In this document: positions 1 to 8,003 of the stretch, one piece after another | Position numbering within the stretch: the stretch's first letter is position 1 | How the letters are laid out: the number at the start of each line of letters is the position of its first letter | DNA from: a virus | Lineage: Duplodnaviria; Heunggongvirae; Uroviricota; Caudoviricetes | Strand: one strand, 5' to 3' | Virus record (IMG/VR): IMGVR_UViG_2585427758_000010 | Span: 1-14,744 of that record | Length of the DNA stretch: 14,744 bases | Translations under genes and position numbers: made by a program | The notes under the pieces: model-generated | What the model saw: only the letters and a program-made list of their open reading frames with translations | Databases searched by the model: none | Told to the model about the DNA's origin: nothing

Positions 1-896
1 CTTGCGCTGATTATCTGCTGCAGCATTTCTGCCGGTTTTTCGCACGGATGTTTCCCGGGATAGAACTGCACCGGTTTATGCGTCCACACATCGGTATACG
101 GCACCTGCACCGTCACGCCAAAATACCGCCGCAGATGTTTATATTCACTCAGCAGCTCCGCATACTGCCGGTTCAGTGAGGTATACGTATCCACCAGCTG
201 GTGGTGGAGCTTTTCCAGTTCACCACGCCGATGCTTCTCTTCTGCCACCCGGGCAAACAGCGCCTGTAATTTCAGATAATCGCTTTCATTCGGTAGCTGC
301 CACTGACTGGCACTGAACCAGTGCGACACCATGTTTTTCTTTCCTGTGGCATCTGCAATCTGTTTTGCCGTTATCCCCAAGGCCGCGCGCGCATCACGAA
401 AGTAAGAAATCAGCGGGGCCATCACATGCTGTTTCAGTGCACTGCCCTTCGCCGCATACCCGGCATCTTTCGGACGATACGGCCCCTGATAATGTTCCGC
501 GAACAGAATGCGCTCTGTGGCGGGGAAATACGCCCGCAGGCTTTCCTTGTTGCACCCGTTCCAGCGTCCGGACGGCTTCGCCCAGATAATATGGTTCAGC
601 ACACTGAAGCGTTCACGCATCATGATTTCGATATCAGATGCCAGGCGATGACCACAGAACAGGTAAAGACTTCCGGCAGGTTTCAGCACCCGCCAGAACT
701 GCGCCAGACACTGGTCCAGCCATTTCAGGTAATCATCGTCGCCCTTCCACTGGTTATCCCAGCCCTCAGGCTTCACTTTAAAGTACGGCGGGTCCGTGAC
801 TATCAGGTCAACAGAATTTTCGGGTAACGACCGGATAAATTCCAGGCAGTCGGCGTTGATTAACTCACAACTGGATATTTTTACAGTATTAAGCAT
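1..896 (-). CDS. DNA amino-methyltransferase, beta-class (N6-adenine or N4-cytosine); 3' end lies beyond the window start
   Basis: Minus-strand reading frame from ATG at 894-896 runs off the window start with no stop, which is why it is absent from the ORF track. My translation starts MLNTVKISSCELINADCLEFIRSLPENSVDLIVTDPPYF and reaches ...FYPGKHPCEKPAEMLQQII near position 1. The DPPY motif is N-terminal and an HPxxKP motif sits where it precedes the SAM-binding FxGxG in this class; the FxGxG itself would be outside the window. The listed + ORF 321..827 is its antisense shadow. Confidence 0.8.
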   Translation of the reverse strand, partial: MLNTVKISSCELINADCLEFIRSLPENSVDLIVTDPPYFKVKPEGWDNQWKGDDDYLKWLDQCLAQFWRVLKPAGSLYLFCGHRLASDIEIMMRERFSVLNHIIWAKPSGRWNGCNKESLRAYFPATERILFAEHYQGPYRPKDAGYAAKGSALKQHVMAPLISYFRDARAALGITAKQIADATGKKNMVSHWFSASQWQLPNESDYLKLQALFARVAEEKHRRGELEKLHHQLVDTYTSLNRQYAELLSEYKHLRRYFGVTVQVPYTDVWTHKPVQFYPGKHPCEKPAEMLQQIISA

Positions 897-1030
897 GGAT
901 CATTAAGCCTGTCTCTGATAGGCTCATTCTGCTTTTGCGCAAAGCAGTGGGCCTGAGGTTTGCTTGTGAACCCAACGCATGAGCAGATGGCTGGTGGGTG
1001 CCCCTAACACCCACCAGCCGCCCATTTACC

Positions 1031-1060
1031 ACAAATAAAAAAGCCTTCACTGCGGAAGGC
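1031..1060 (-). terminator. Candidate intrinsic terminator (minus strand)
   Basis: Read on the minus strand: GCCTTC-CGCAGT-GAAGGC hairpin (plus 1043-1060) followed immediately by TTTTTTATTTGT (plus 1031-1042). It overlaps the stop codon of the small ORF 1047..1244. Confidence 0.5.
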
Positions 1061-1244
1061 GTCTGTAACAACCGAACTGATAGTCTGCCAGACCCGCCAT
1101 AACCAGCTGAGTCAGTATTAACTGGCAGCGTTCGCGTGAAAGGTAAGTATTCTGCGCAATCTCCCCGACTGTCGCCGGTTCGGTGACGCTTAATTCATTA
1201 AACACCACTCTGGCGGTTTCTGTCATATCCTGCTGTTTTAGCAT
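1047..1244 (-). CDS. Hypothetical small protein (65 aa)
   Basis: ATG at 1242-1244 inside the longer track ORF 1047..1331, whose first codon is GTG. Product MLKQQDMTETARVVFNELSVTEPATVGEIAQNTYLSRERCQLILTQLVMAGLADYQFGCYRRLPQ. Upstream AAGGG is only a weak Shine-Dalgarno. No family recognised. Confidence 0.4.
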   Translation of the reverse strand: MLKQQDMTETARVVFNELSVTEPATVGEIAQNTYLSRERCQLILTQLVMAGLADYQFGCYRRLPQ

Positions 1245-1364
1245 GTCTTTTTCCCTTTTCCGGTTAACGTGACACACCAATAACTCTTGTCGAAAAAGCC
1301 AGCAAGCTGAAAGACAGGTATTCACCGCCACCAGCGCGTTTACTGTACTGACGCGATTTCAGTC

Positions 1365-1388
1365 ATAAAAAACCCGCCAGGCGGCGGG
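1365..1388 (-). terminator. Candidate intrinsic terminator about 80-105 nt downstream of the Q-like gene (tR'-like position)
   Basis: Minus-strand read: CCCGCC-GCCT-GGCGGG stem-loop (plus 1373-1388) followed by TTTTTTAT (plus 1365-1372). Confidence 0.5.
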
Positions 1389-1470
1389 GTGTAAAAAATC
1401 TTCTAACGTCAGGCATAAAACGCCTATCGTTAGAGCAAATTTACCACAGATTCGGGAAAAATCAACAACA

Positions 1471-2292
1471 CTATCGCGTTACCCTCTTTAACTGCCGCTC
1501 CGCCCATGCCTCTTCAATGTCAAACCGAACCACCAACGTATCGTAAAAGCGTTTCACTGATTTTTTCCACGTATCAAGCGTGATAGCACTCGTCACTTTG
1601 CGTATGGCATTAAATGCCTCCGTTGATGGTAGTCTTTCACAGCCACGACCACCACAACGCTGGCAGTCTCTGATAACAGGCATACCACGTTTTACCGACT
1701 CTTCACGATGAATGGCAACACCACGCCCACGGCAGTCTTTACAGGCAGTGGAAATCTCCCCCTTCCCTTTACATTCAGGACAAGAAACTTTCACCACCTC
1801 CCGAATTTTTTTCCATTCTTCCCAGTAAGACGGATACACACCTTTCGTACACTTTGCCCATACTGGCGGCTTGCCATCCGGATACTGAACCTTGTTTGTA
1901 AAAACTTCGCCTTCAATAAATTTTTCCCCTCGGCAACAGGGGCACTGCTTTTTACTCGCTGCGCTGCGGGCATAATCCTCAAAAGCGTACGAAGCCATAA
2001 TGCGCATCACTACCGGTTTTATTTCTGCCGGAAGTTTTCTCAACGCCGCCACACGATCGCACCGACTGAGTGCATAATCTGCCAGTAATTCTGTTGCCCG
2101 CGCCCTGTCATTCATACTGATGCCCATTTTCCCCAGGAACGCAGAAAACCCCATCTCAGCCCGATTCTGTGTCATGCCCTGCGCGGCCATCACATCAGTG
2201 ATACTCAGCGCATCTTTCGACGTTGAGGCCGATGCATCAGTCAGGCCGGGGGATTTTGGGGAGTAGTATTTCGGTAAATCTTCCAGTTTCAT
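1471..2292 (-). CDS. Late-gene antitermination protein, lambda Q family, with an expanded Cys-rich zinc-binding insert
   Basis: 273-aa ORF. N-terminal YSPKSP...DVMAAQGM and C-terminal ...LKRVTR resemble lambda Q as I recall it (SPKSP...DVMAA...LNAVTR). Central region carries CPCCRGEK, CPECKGKG, CKDCRGRG and CQRCGGRG, i.e. CxxCxGxG repeats. Start ATG overlaps the rusA stop as ATGA at 2289-2292. Confidence 0.8.
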   Translation of the reverse strand: MKLEDLPKYYSPKSPGLTDASASTSKDALSITDVMAAQGMTQNRAEMGFSAFLGKMGISMNDRARATELLADYALSRCDRVAALRKLPAEIKPVVMRIMASYAFEDYARSAASKKQCPCCRGEKFIEGEVFTNKVQYPDGKPPVWAKCTKGVYPSYWEEWKKIREVVKVSCPECKGKGEISTACKDCRGRGVAIHREESVKRGMPVIRDCQRCGGRGCERLPSTEAFNAIRKVTSAITLDTWKKSVKRFYDTLVVRFDIEEAWAERQLKRVTR

Positions 2293-2669
2293 TTTTTGAC
2301 CTGCTCTTCATGCATTATGGGGTAAATCTTCACCCCCAGACGTCCACCAGATACTGGCTGACCACGAACGATATTGATTTCATCAAACTGCTCATCGTCC
2401 ATTAGCAACCCCGCATGCGTCAGCGCATCCAGCGGCGCTTTCAGAATATTGTCCAGATCACGGCGGCGCTTATCCGGTGGTTCTGCAATAATTTTTATTG
2501 CCAACCTTCCGGACAGGCTTAATTTCAGCCGCTGCTGGCGAACAATAAGCGCCACTGCCCGGCGATAACGCTCCCCGGCTTTTGATACAAAATATGTGCT
2601 GCCACGACGACGCCAGTAAGTGTTCACCGTTGGCGGGTAAGGCAAAACAAATTCTATGCGTTCAGTCAT
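2289..2669 (-). CDS. rusA: Holliday junction resolvase RusA
   Basis: 126-aa ORF with the RusA hallmark acidic cluster ...PPDKRRRDLDNILKAPLDAL... and DDEQ, the right size for the family. Start abuts the stop of the upstream DUF968 gene (2667-2669 and 2670-2672). Confidence 0.9.
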   Translation of the reverse strand: MTERIEFVLPYPPTVNTYWRRRGSTYFVSKAGERYRRAVALIVRQQRLKLSLSGRLAIKIIAEPPDKRRRDLDNILKAPLDALTHAGLLMDDEQFDEINIVRGQPVSGGRLGVKIYPIMHEEQVKK

Positions 2670-3728
2670 TTATGCTTTCCACTTCAGAACACCCGAATTT
2701 CTCGCGTGCATTAAAAAACGAATCAGCAACAACAGCTGGCTGCCGTGTTTTTCTTCAAAATCTTTTACCCCGGCGTGTAGTTCGCTATGGCATTTACGGC
2801 ACAGCGGAATAACAAACAAATCATCAGCCTTTGTTCCCATCCCTCCCAGTCCATGACCAATGATGTGATGCGGATCATCTGCCTGATTGCCACACGTCAT
2901 GCATTTCTGCGTTTTTACCCAGCGCGTGTATACAGGCATCTCTTCCCGTTGTGATTTCTGGCGCTGGAGATACTGAGCCGGTGACTCGGGATCAACGGCA
3001 ATGCTGACCACCGTCTTTTCCTGTGGTGGGTTCTGTTGCTGGTGGGCGTGAGGCAGCGGCGCAAGATTTTTTGTGCGCTGTTTCAGTATGCTGGTGGCGG
3101 TCTGCTCTCCCGGTATGATGTCGCTTTCACTGTACACAGAGCGAATTTTTTCCGCACGCAACCCCAGCGAACGACGTAATACCGCTTCCGGTAGCGCGTC
3201 CGCCACCTGATTGCGGACCGCCCACCAGGATAATTCAGCCAGAGATAATTCACGCTCCTGCGTACCGCTTATTGCGTGACCGATGACGTCAATCATCCAT
3301 GCTGACAGGTTTTGATGAGCAAGTTGCCCGAGTGATTCGGATGTCTGGTCACGCAGCTGGTTGTCGCAGTGCCAGCACAACACCATTGCGCCGGTACCAT
3401 AACGGTGAATGACGGTTTCGCTGTGATGATAATCGCCGTGTGGCCACTGGCAGGATTTAATATGGCGCAACAGCCAGTCAGACAATGCACCAGCACCACC
3501 AGCAGCACGAATCACCCGTGCGTTACTGAAAAACGGCAGCAATGTTTTGTCTTCCACCAGCGGCTGGCGAGCGGCAGGAACGACCCCGGACGGCAGATTA
3601 CGCATGCTTTTTGGTTCCGGCTCCACCAGTATTCTGCCGTTATGGAATGCTGACATTGATTCACGGCCTGGCTTAACGATAACCAGACCGAGTTCCGGTA
3701 CCAGAACAGATCGAAGTAATACCCGCAC
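2670..3728 (-). CDS. DUF968 / YdfU-like prophage protein with a C-terminal HNH-type zinc-finger motif
   Basis: 352-aa ORF. C-terminal CMTCGN...DPHHIIGHGLGG...LCRKCHSELH is an HNH-like CxxC...HH...CxxC-H arrangement. Position immediately upstream of rusA and Q matches the lambdoid nin region. Confidence 0.8.
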   Translation of the reverse strand: MRVLLRSVLVPELGLVIVKPGRESMSAFHNGRILVEPEPKSMRNLPSGVVPAARQPLVEDKTLLPFFSNARVIRAAGGAGALSDWLLRHIKSCQWPHGDYHHSETVIHRYGTGAMVLCWHCDNQLRDQTSESLGQLAHQNLSAWMIDVIGHAISGTQERELSLAELSWWAVRNQVADALPEAVLRRSLGLRAEKIRSVYSESDIIPGEQTATSILKQRTKNLAPLPHAHQQQNPPQEKTVVSIAVDPESPAQYLQRQKSQREEMPVYTRWVKTQKCMTCGNQADDPHHIIGHGLGGMGTKADDLFVIPLCRKCHSELHAGVKDFEEKHGSQLLLLIRFLMHARNSGVLKWKA

Positions 3729-3729
3729 A

Positions 3730-4008
3730 TTACCTCCAGATCCGTTGCTGGAATGTGCGGGACGGACGCGCTGGCCGTTCTGAGTAAGGGAGCCTGACGG
3801 AGATTATCCAGTGACGGTAGTCGAGGCTAAGGGCTTTTTTAACCTCGCATCCGCGCCCGCGGTAACACTGAATGAGCCATTCAGCCTGTTCTTCGGTGCA
3901 GGGGTCGTGCTGATACCAGTCAGATTTGAATGCATGAGAACGCCGCCCGTGCCTGCTGGCAGGGGCGGCAGAGTTATCCGAATTGTAAAATTTGGTATCG
4001 TGCGCCAT
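3730..4008 (-). CDS. Hypothetical protein (92 aa); possibly the 3' remnant of a gene truncated by the adjacent AT-rich insertion
   Basis: ORF with phage-like GC content and a weak RBS. The frame stays open for 28 codons upstream of the ATG to a stop at 4096-4098, exactly where composition switches to AT-rich, with no alternative start. Confidence 0.45.
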   Translation of the reverse strand: MAHDTKFYNSDNSAAPASRHGRRSHAFKSDWYQHDPCTEEQAEWLIQCYRGRGCEVKKALSLDYRHWIISVRLPYSERPARPSRTFQQRIWR

Positions 4009-4275
4009 CTGTTTTCTCTGCTGGCGCAGCAGGTGCCAGTTGTTCAGGCTGACGTATGAAGTATAAATAAACTGGCTCCAGTGTAAAGCCCCACCTTAAT
4101 GGAATAAAAACCAAACAACAGATTGCTGGGATAAAAATACAACGCTTATTATTAAAAGCGGTTAGATAAATTAAATTTTAATGTTATGCAAATCTGCCAG
4201 ATTAGCATAATATTTCATTTGAAAACCGCTGAAATAACAATCTTATCGGGATTAATCATATTAAGGTGAGTAAAT

Positions 4276-4362
4276 ATGGAAAACAACAAATCTGCACATT
4301 ACGCTCCTTTTTTATCTGTAATACTTTTTGTATTTTGTTGTGTATGGGCGGTATTTTTATAA
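4276..4362 (+). CDS. Small hydrophobic peptide (28 aa), candidate membrane peptide
   Basis: AAGGTGAG Shine-Dalgarno 5 nt upstream of ATG 4276. Product MENNKSAHYAPFLSVILFVFCCVWAVFL is a polar N-terminus plus one predicted transmembrane helix. Stop TAA at 4360-4362 is followed by the hairpin at 4378-4407. Below the 60-aa threshold of the ORF track. Confidence 0.35.
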   Translation: MENNKSAHYAPFLSVILFVFCCVWAVFL

Positions 4363-4377
4363 AACACACCCACAAAT

Positions 4378-4407
4378 AAATCAAACCCGCTACAGCGGGT
4401 TTGATTT
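4378..4407. terminator. Bidirectional intrinsic terminator between convergent genes
   Basis: Perfect inverted repeat AAATCAAACCCGCT-AC-AGCGGGTTTGATTT with a GC core and T-rich flanks on both strands. It lies 16 nt after the small + ORF and 10 nt after the stop of the minus-strand protease gene. Confidence 0.6.
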
Positions 4408-4416
4408 ATATAGTTG

Positions 4417-6681
4417 TTATACGGAAACTGGCACACGAGCAGGCAATGGATAGTGAGCCCAGTTATTAGCATTTAAAGCTCTTACGCCATCAGCATAAAC
4501 TTGTGTGTTTCCATCTAATGATTTTAAAGTTACTACAATAGTTACAGGTAAAGGCTCCATTAAGGCCGGTTCATTCGCTCTCAACGTTGTTTTAGCTTGA
4601 AGAGCCCAGTTACCCGAAGTAATTCCTTTATTAAATGCCTTGCGATGAATTTTTACTGGTGACCACTTTCCACCATGCTCAATTTGAGCTCTCTCATATC
4701 CAGATTGACCGTTTTCTCCTTCCATAGGTACTTTTCCTTTTATAGTATTATTCTCAATTAAGCCAAAACTTAGCTCTACGTTCGCGCGAACATATTCACT
4801 GCCGGCATTAGGGTTCAGTGGTGGTGCATATGCAGCAGTAATTACAATCTCACCTTTAAATTTTCCATTTTGAATAAGTGCCGATGGTATGGGATAGTTT
4901 TCCTTTCTCCACCTCACCCCAGGAACCAAGAATGTTTGGAAAATCAGAGTAAACCTATCATCACTATCATATAAGGTCTCAATAACCTCATTAGGAATTC
5001 CCGCTCCCAAATAGCGTCTTTCACTTGGCGAGTAATCAGGAGAAGATAATTGAGCGGAATGAATTAATAATGCTTTAATCAATGATGGTGAAACATTAAA
5101 GTCTGAATTAGTGGCTATTCTCTGCCATGTATGCGCAGCTAAACTTGCCACAATTGGAGCAGCAAAACTAGTACCAAAATTAGAGCAAAGCCTATTATCT
5201 GGCCCTACGACCTTTAAACTGCTTGCTCCTACATTCCAAGGTCTATGAACCCCACCGCCAGCATGGATTATATCTGGCTTTGGAGTAAATACAGGCCCAG
5301 GGCCACGACGAGTATATGGTGTCGGTGTTCCAATTTCACTTAAAGCATCATTAGCTTCCATATGAGAAACTGAACCAACTGTTAGTGCTCGGACTGACTC
5401 TCCAGGAGAGGAAATTAAATCAGCACCTCCAAGCGGATCAGGATTTGGCCATGTACGTATAGGTTCATCTACATAATTACCTGCAGCAACTACAAACAAA
5501 ATACCAAATTTATCGCTGAGCCGATCTAACTCCATCGCAAAATCACTAAACATCTGCTCATTACATGGTCCGCCTCCCAAAGATAAATTCCAGACTTTTA
5601 TATCTGGTCTTTTATTTACAGCATCTGCTAGCCTCAGAATTAAATCTGATATATAAGATCCATTTTCATCTAAAGCACAAACATCATGGATTTTAGATTT
5701 TGTATCAGGAATCCATGGATGATTGTCATTTAAAAAATGAGCGCCTGATATCAATGAAGACACCATAGTCCCATGTTCATAACTCGTATCAGGAGGAATT
5801 ACGTATGTTTCCCTACTCACTACCCAAGGAGTAATTGTTGCCGCGATGGGGCTTACCCCAGTGTCAAATACAGCAACAATGGGTAATTCTTCTGATGGTA
5901 CGGGAAAGCTATTTGTTTCAATGCCAACAGAATCACTTACACTAACCGGGAATGCTGAATATTTTGGTTCTGGAATTAACGTTCTTATACCCGGGTAATC
6001 AATGAGAATGTCTAATATATATCTATCATTTGGGGATAAATCCATTATCCTTAATAAGGGAAGACCACATTTTGGTCTAATCTCATCATATTTAACTCCG
6101 TGTTGTTCTAATATAGAAATAACGTTTTCATAGTTGTTGTAAGTTGCATCTTCACCTGTGTACTCAAATAGTCGTACAAGGATGTTTGATGATTCAAACA
6201 AACCATCAGTGCCTCCTGGAACCTTCCTATTCTCATCCCAAGGTTCAATGCGCTCAATCGCGCTTAGGTTAGCCAAAATCGCTTTAATATTCCGATGTAA
6301 AATGACTGACTCTAATACGTCAAAACAGCCGGCATGAGCAGCAACCAACATTTCATCTATTTTGGCATGACCGGCATTTTGCAATCCAGCCTCTTGAGCA
6401 ATTTTGTTCGGCCTATGCGTTTTGGCTATTCCCTGGTCTCTTAATTTGAAAACCAAAGTACCCAAGCTTCCAGGGTACTCTGAAAGTTTGGATTCTAAAT
6501 AATGTTTACTGGTTGTTAAATTTCTTACTAGCCCTTGTCTATATTCGGCTGTTACATCAACCAATACCTTTGCCCCACCGCCAGCGTTTACTATTGCACC
6601 CAAGTCACTACTGGAAAAAGGGATTCTTAACATTGGGTTTGTAACTTTTGCGTTACTAAACTGTGTACCCCTTCTGCTCAT
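4417..6681 (-). CDS. Subtilisin-like serine protease (peptidase S8 family), IetS-like
   Basis: 754-aa ORF with the S8 catalytic motifs in canonical order: Asp in VAVFDTGV, His in HGTMVSSLISG, oxyanion Asn in VVAAGNY, Ser in GTSFAAP. About 270 aa precede and about 200 aa follow the catalytic domain. AGGAG lies 3 nt before the ATG. The 5' end overlaps the upstream ATPase gene by 26 bp. Confidence 0.9.
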   Translation of the reverse strand: MSRRGTQFSNAKVTNPMLRIPFSSSDLGAIVNAGGGAKVLVDVTAEYRQGLVRNLTTSKHYLESKLSEYPGSLGTLVFKLRDQGIAKTHRPNKIAQEAGLQNAGHAKIDEMLVAAHAGCFDVLESVILHRNIKAILANLSAIERIEPWDENRKVPGGTDGLFESSNILVRLFEYTGEDATYNNYENVISILEQHGVKYDEIRPKCGLPLLRIMDLSPNDRYILDILIDYPGIRTLIPEPKYSAFPVSVSDSVGIETNSFPVPSEELPIVAVFDTGVSPIAATITPWVVSRETYVIPPDTSYEHGTMVSSLISGAHFLNDNHPWIPDTKSKIHDVCALDENGSYISDLILRLADAVNKRPDIKVWNLSLGGGPCNEQMFSDFAMELDRLSDKFGILFVVAAGNYVDEPIRTWPNPDPLGGADLISSPGESVRALTVGSVSHMEANDALSEIGTPTPYTRRGPGPVFTPKPDIIHAGGGVHRPWNVGASSLKVVGPDNRLCSNFGTSFAAPIVASLAAHTWQRIATNSDFNVSPSLIKALLIHSAQLSSPDYSPSERRYLGAGIPNEVIETLYDSDDRFTLIFQTFLVPGVRWRKENYPIPSALIQNGKFKGEIVITAAYAPPLNPNAGSEYVRANVELSFGLIENNTIKGKVPMEGENGQSGYERAQIEHGGKWSPVKIHRKAFNKGITSGNWALQAKTTLRANEPALMEPLPVTIVVTLKSLDGNTQVYADGVRALNANNWAHYPLPARVPVSV

Positions 6682-7810
6682 ATGCTCCTGACTCCTTCAG
6701 AATGTTTGAAATTACTCTTGATGTAAGTTTGTACAAATTAGCAAGAACTCTGATAGAAAATAATTTTTTATCTTTAGAACGTAACCAACGAATTTCATCT
6801 TCGTAAGTGCTTAAATTTACACCTTCCATAAGCGATTGCGCAAGATACAAACGCCTATACAATTTATGGTGATTTATCACACTTGCACCTTCAATAACTG
6901 CATCCCTACGTGCATCCAAGCTCACCTGTTCAATTATTGCTCCGGATAATCCCTCCGATTTTCTTGATAAATCACTTAAATCTAGATCGCTACATATCAT
7001 ATTCTTTAAACGATTTTTCCAAATTAACTCTCTCTGATGTATGTCAGGCAGAGGCATTGGAATTCTGAAGCTAAATCGCCTCCAGATTGCAGGATCCAGA
7101 AGTTGCTCATGGTTAGTTGAGGCAATAATTACCGTATCCTCTGATGCCGCATCCATATTCTGCAATAGTGAAATGACAACTCGCTGAAGCTCACCTATAT
7201 CTCTCTCATTACCTCTTGCTCCAGCTAAAGCATCAAATTCGTCTAAAAAAAGCACTGATGGCCTCTGCATTACATAATCGAAAACCTGTCTAAGATTTTT
7301 GCTGGTTTGTCCCAATAAACTACTAATCAAAGTATCGCAACGCACTGTAAGAAGTGGAAAATCTAAGCGGGTAGCGATGTACTTAGATAACATAGTCTTA
7401 CCTGTTCCTGGCTTTCCATACACGAGCATACGACTCGGCAATGCTGCATCAGCTTTAACAAACTCATCATAACGTTGAACATTAGTGATAAACTCTTCAA
7501 CACGGGTACTGATTGCTGCAGGCAGAAAAATCTCTGAACTGTCTAATTTAGGATAACTGACATCAACAGTGTTGAGTCGACTATCAATATCTACCGGTAA
7601 TGAGCCCAGAGATATCCCACCTCCAGCCCTTTGAGCTCCTGCCAACGCCTGGGGAGCTCTAAGCAACCTTTCTCTTATCATTCTGGCTTGCTTGACCTCC
7701 CCTTTTTGTTCGAGCTTATCTGCCAGCAACCCAGCATAATTACTAGCCATCGAAGCATTTGCCTTTGTTGCACCTTCAATGATTTTTAACACTTCTGATA
7801 AATAATCCAT
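6656..7810 (-). CDS. AAA+ ATPase, IetA-like
   Basis: 384-aa ORF. Walker A GKPGTGKT, Walker B VLFLDEFD, sensor-1 and arginine-finger region ...IIASTNHEQLLDPAIWRRF, so classic-clade AAA with an N-terminal domain of about 125 aa. GGGAG RBS 6 nt before the ATG. AT-rich codon usage, unlike the flanking phage genes. Confidence 0.9.
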   Translation of the reverse strand: MDYLSEVLKIIEGATKANASMASNYAGLLADKLEQKGEVKQARMIRERLLRAPQALAGAQRAGGGISLGSLPVDIDSRLNTVDVSYPKLDSSEIFLPAAISTRVEEFITNVQRYDEFVKADAALPSRMLVYGKPGTGKTMLSKYIATRLDFPLLTVRCDTLISSLLGQTSKNLRQVFDYVMQRPSVLFLDEFDALAGARGNERDIGELQRVVISLLQNMDAASEDTVIIASTNHEQLLDPAIWRRFSFRIPMPLPDIHQRELIWKNRLKNMICSDLDLSDLSRKSEGLSGAIIEQVSLDARRDAVIEGASVINHHKLYRRLYLAQSLMEGVNLSTYEDEIRWLRSKDKKLFSIRVLANLYKLTSRVISNILKESGAYEQKGYTV

Positions 7811-8003
7811 TCAACACTCCCACAACAAAAAGCCACAGCAATCAAAAAATGAGCACACAGAATCAAAATACTCTCTAATCGTAACGCATTTTGAGATTTT
7901 TGATACGTTTTTTTGGGATTATGTAACGCCAAATGGTCATTTTGTGTCAGAAAAATAAATCTTAGTACCGAGAATATGTAGCTTCCATCCTTCATCGTTC
8001 TAT

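Noticed and set aside
321-827. 168-aa plus-strand ORF (and nested 365..589 ORF)
   Set aside because: It lies entirely antisense to the methyltransferase reading frame, which has clear DPPY and HPxxKP motifs. The product is Arg/His-rich with no motif or RBS, so it is a shadow ORF.
889-1071. 60-aa minus-strand ORF
   Set aside because: It overlaps the methyltransferase start and spans the hairpin and terminator; no RBS and an implausible product.
1708-2088. 126-aa plus-strand ORF and 63-aa minus ORF inside the Q-like gene
   Set aside because: Both lie within the well-supported Q-family gene in other frames or strands; low-complexity products.
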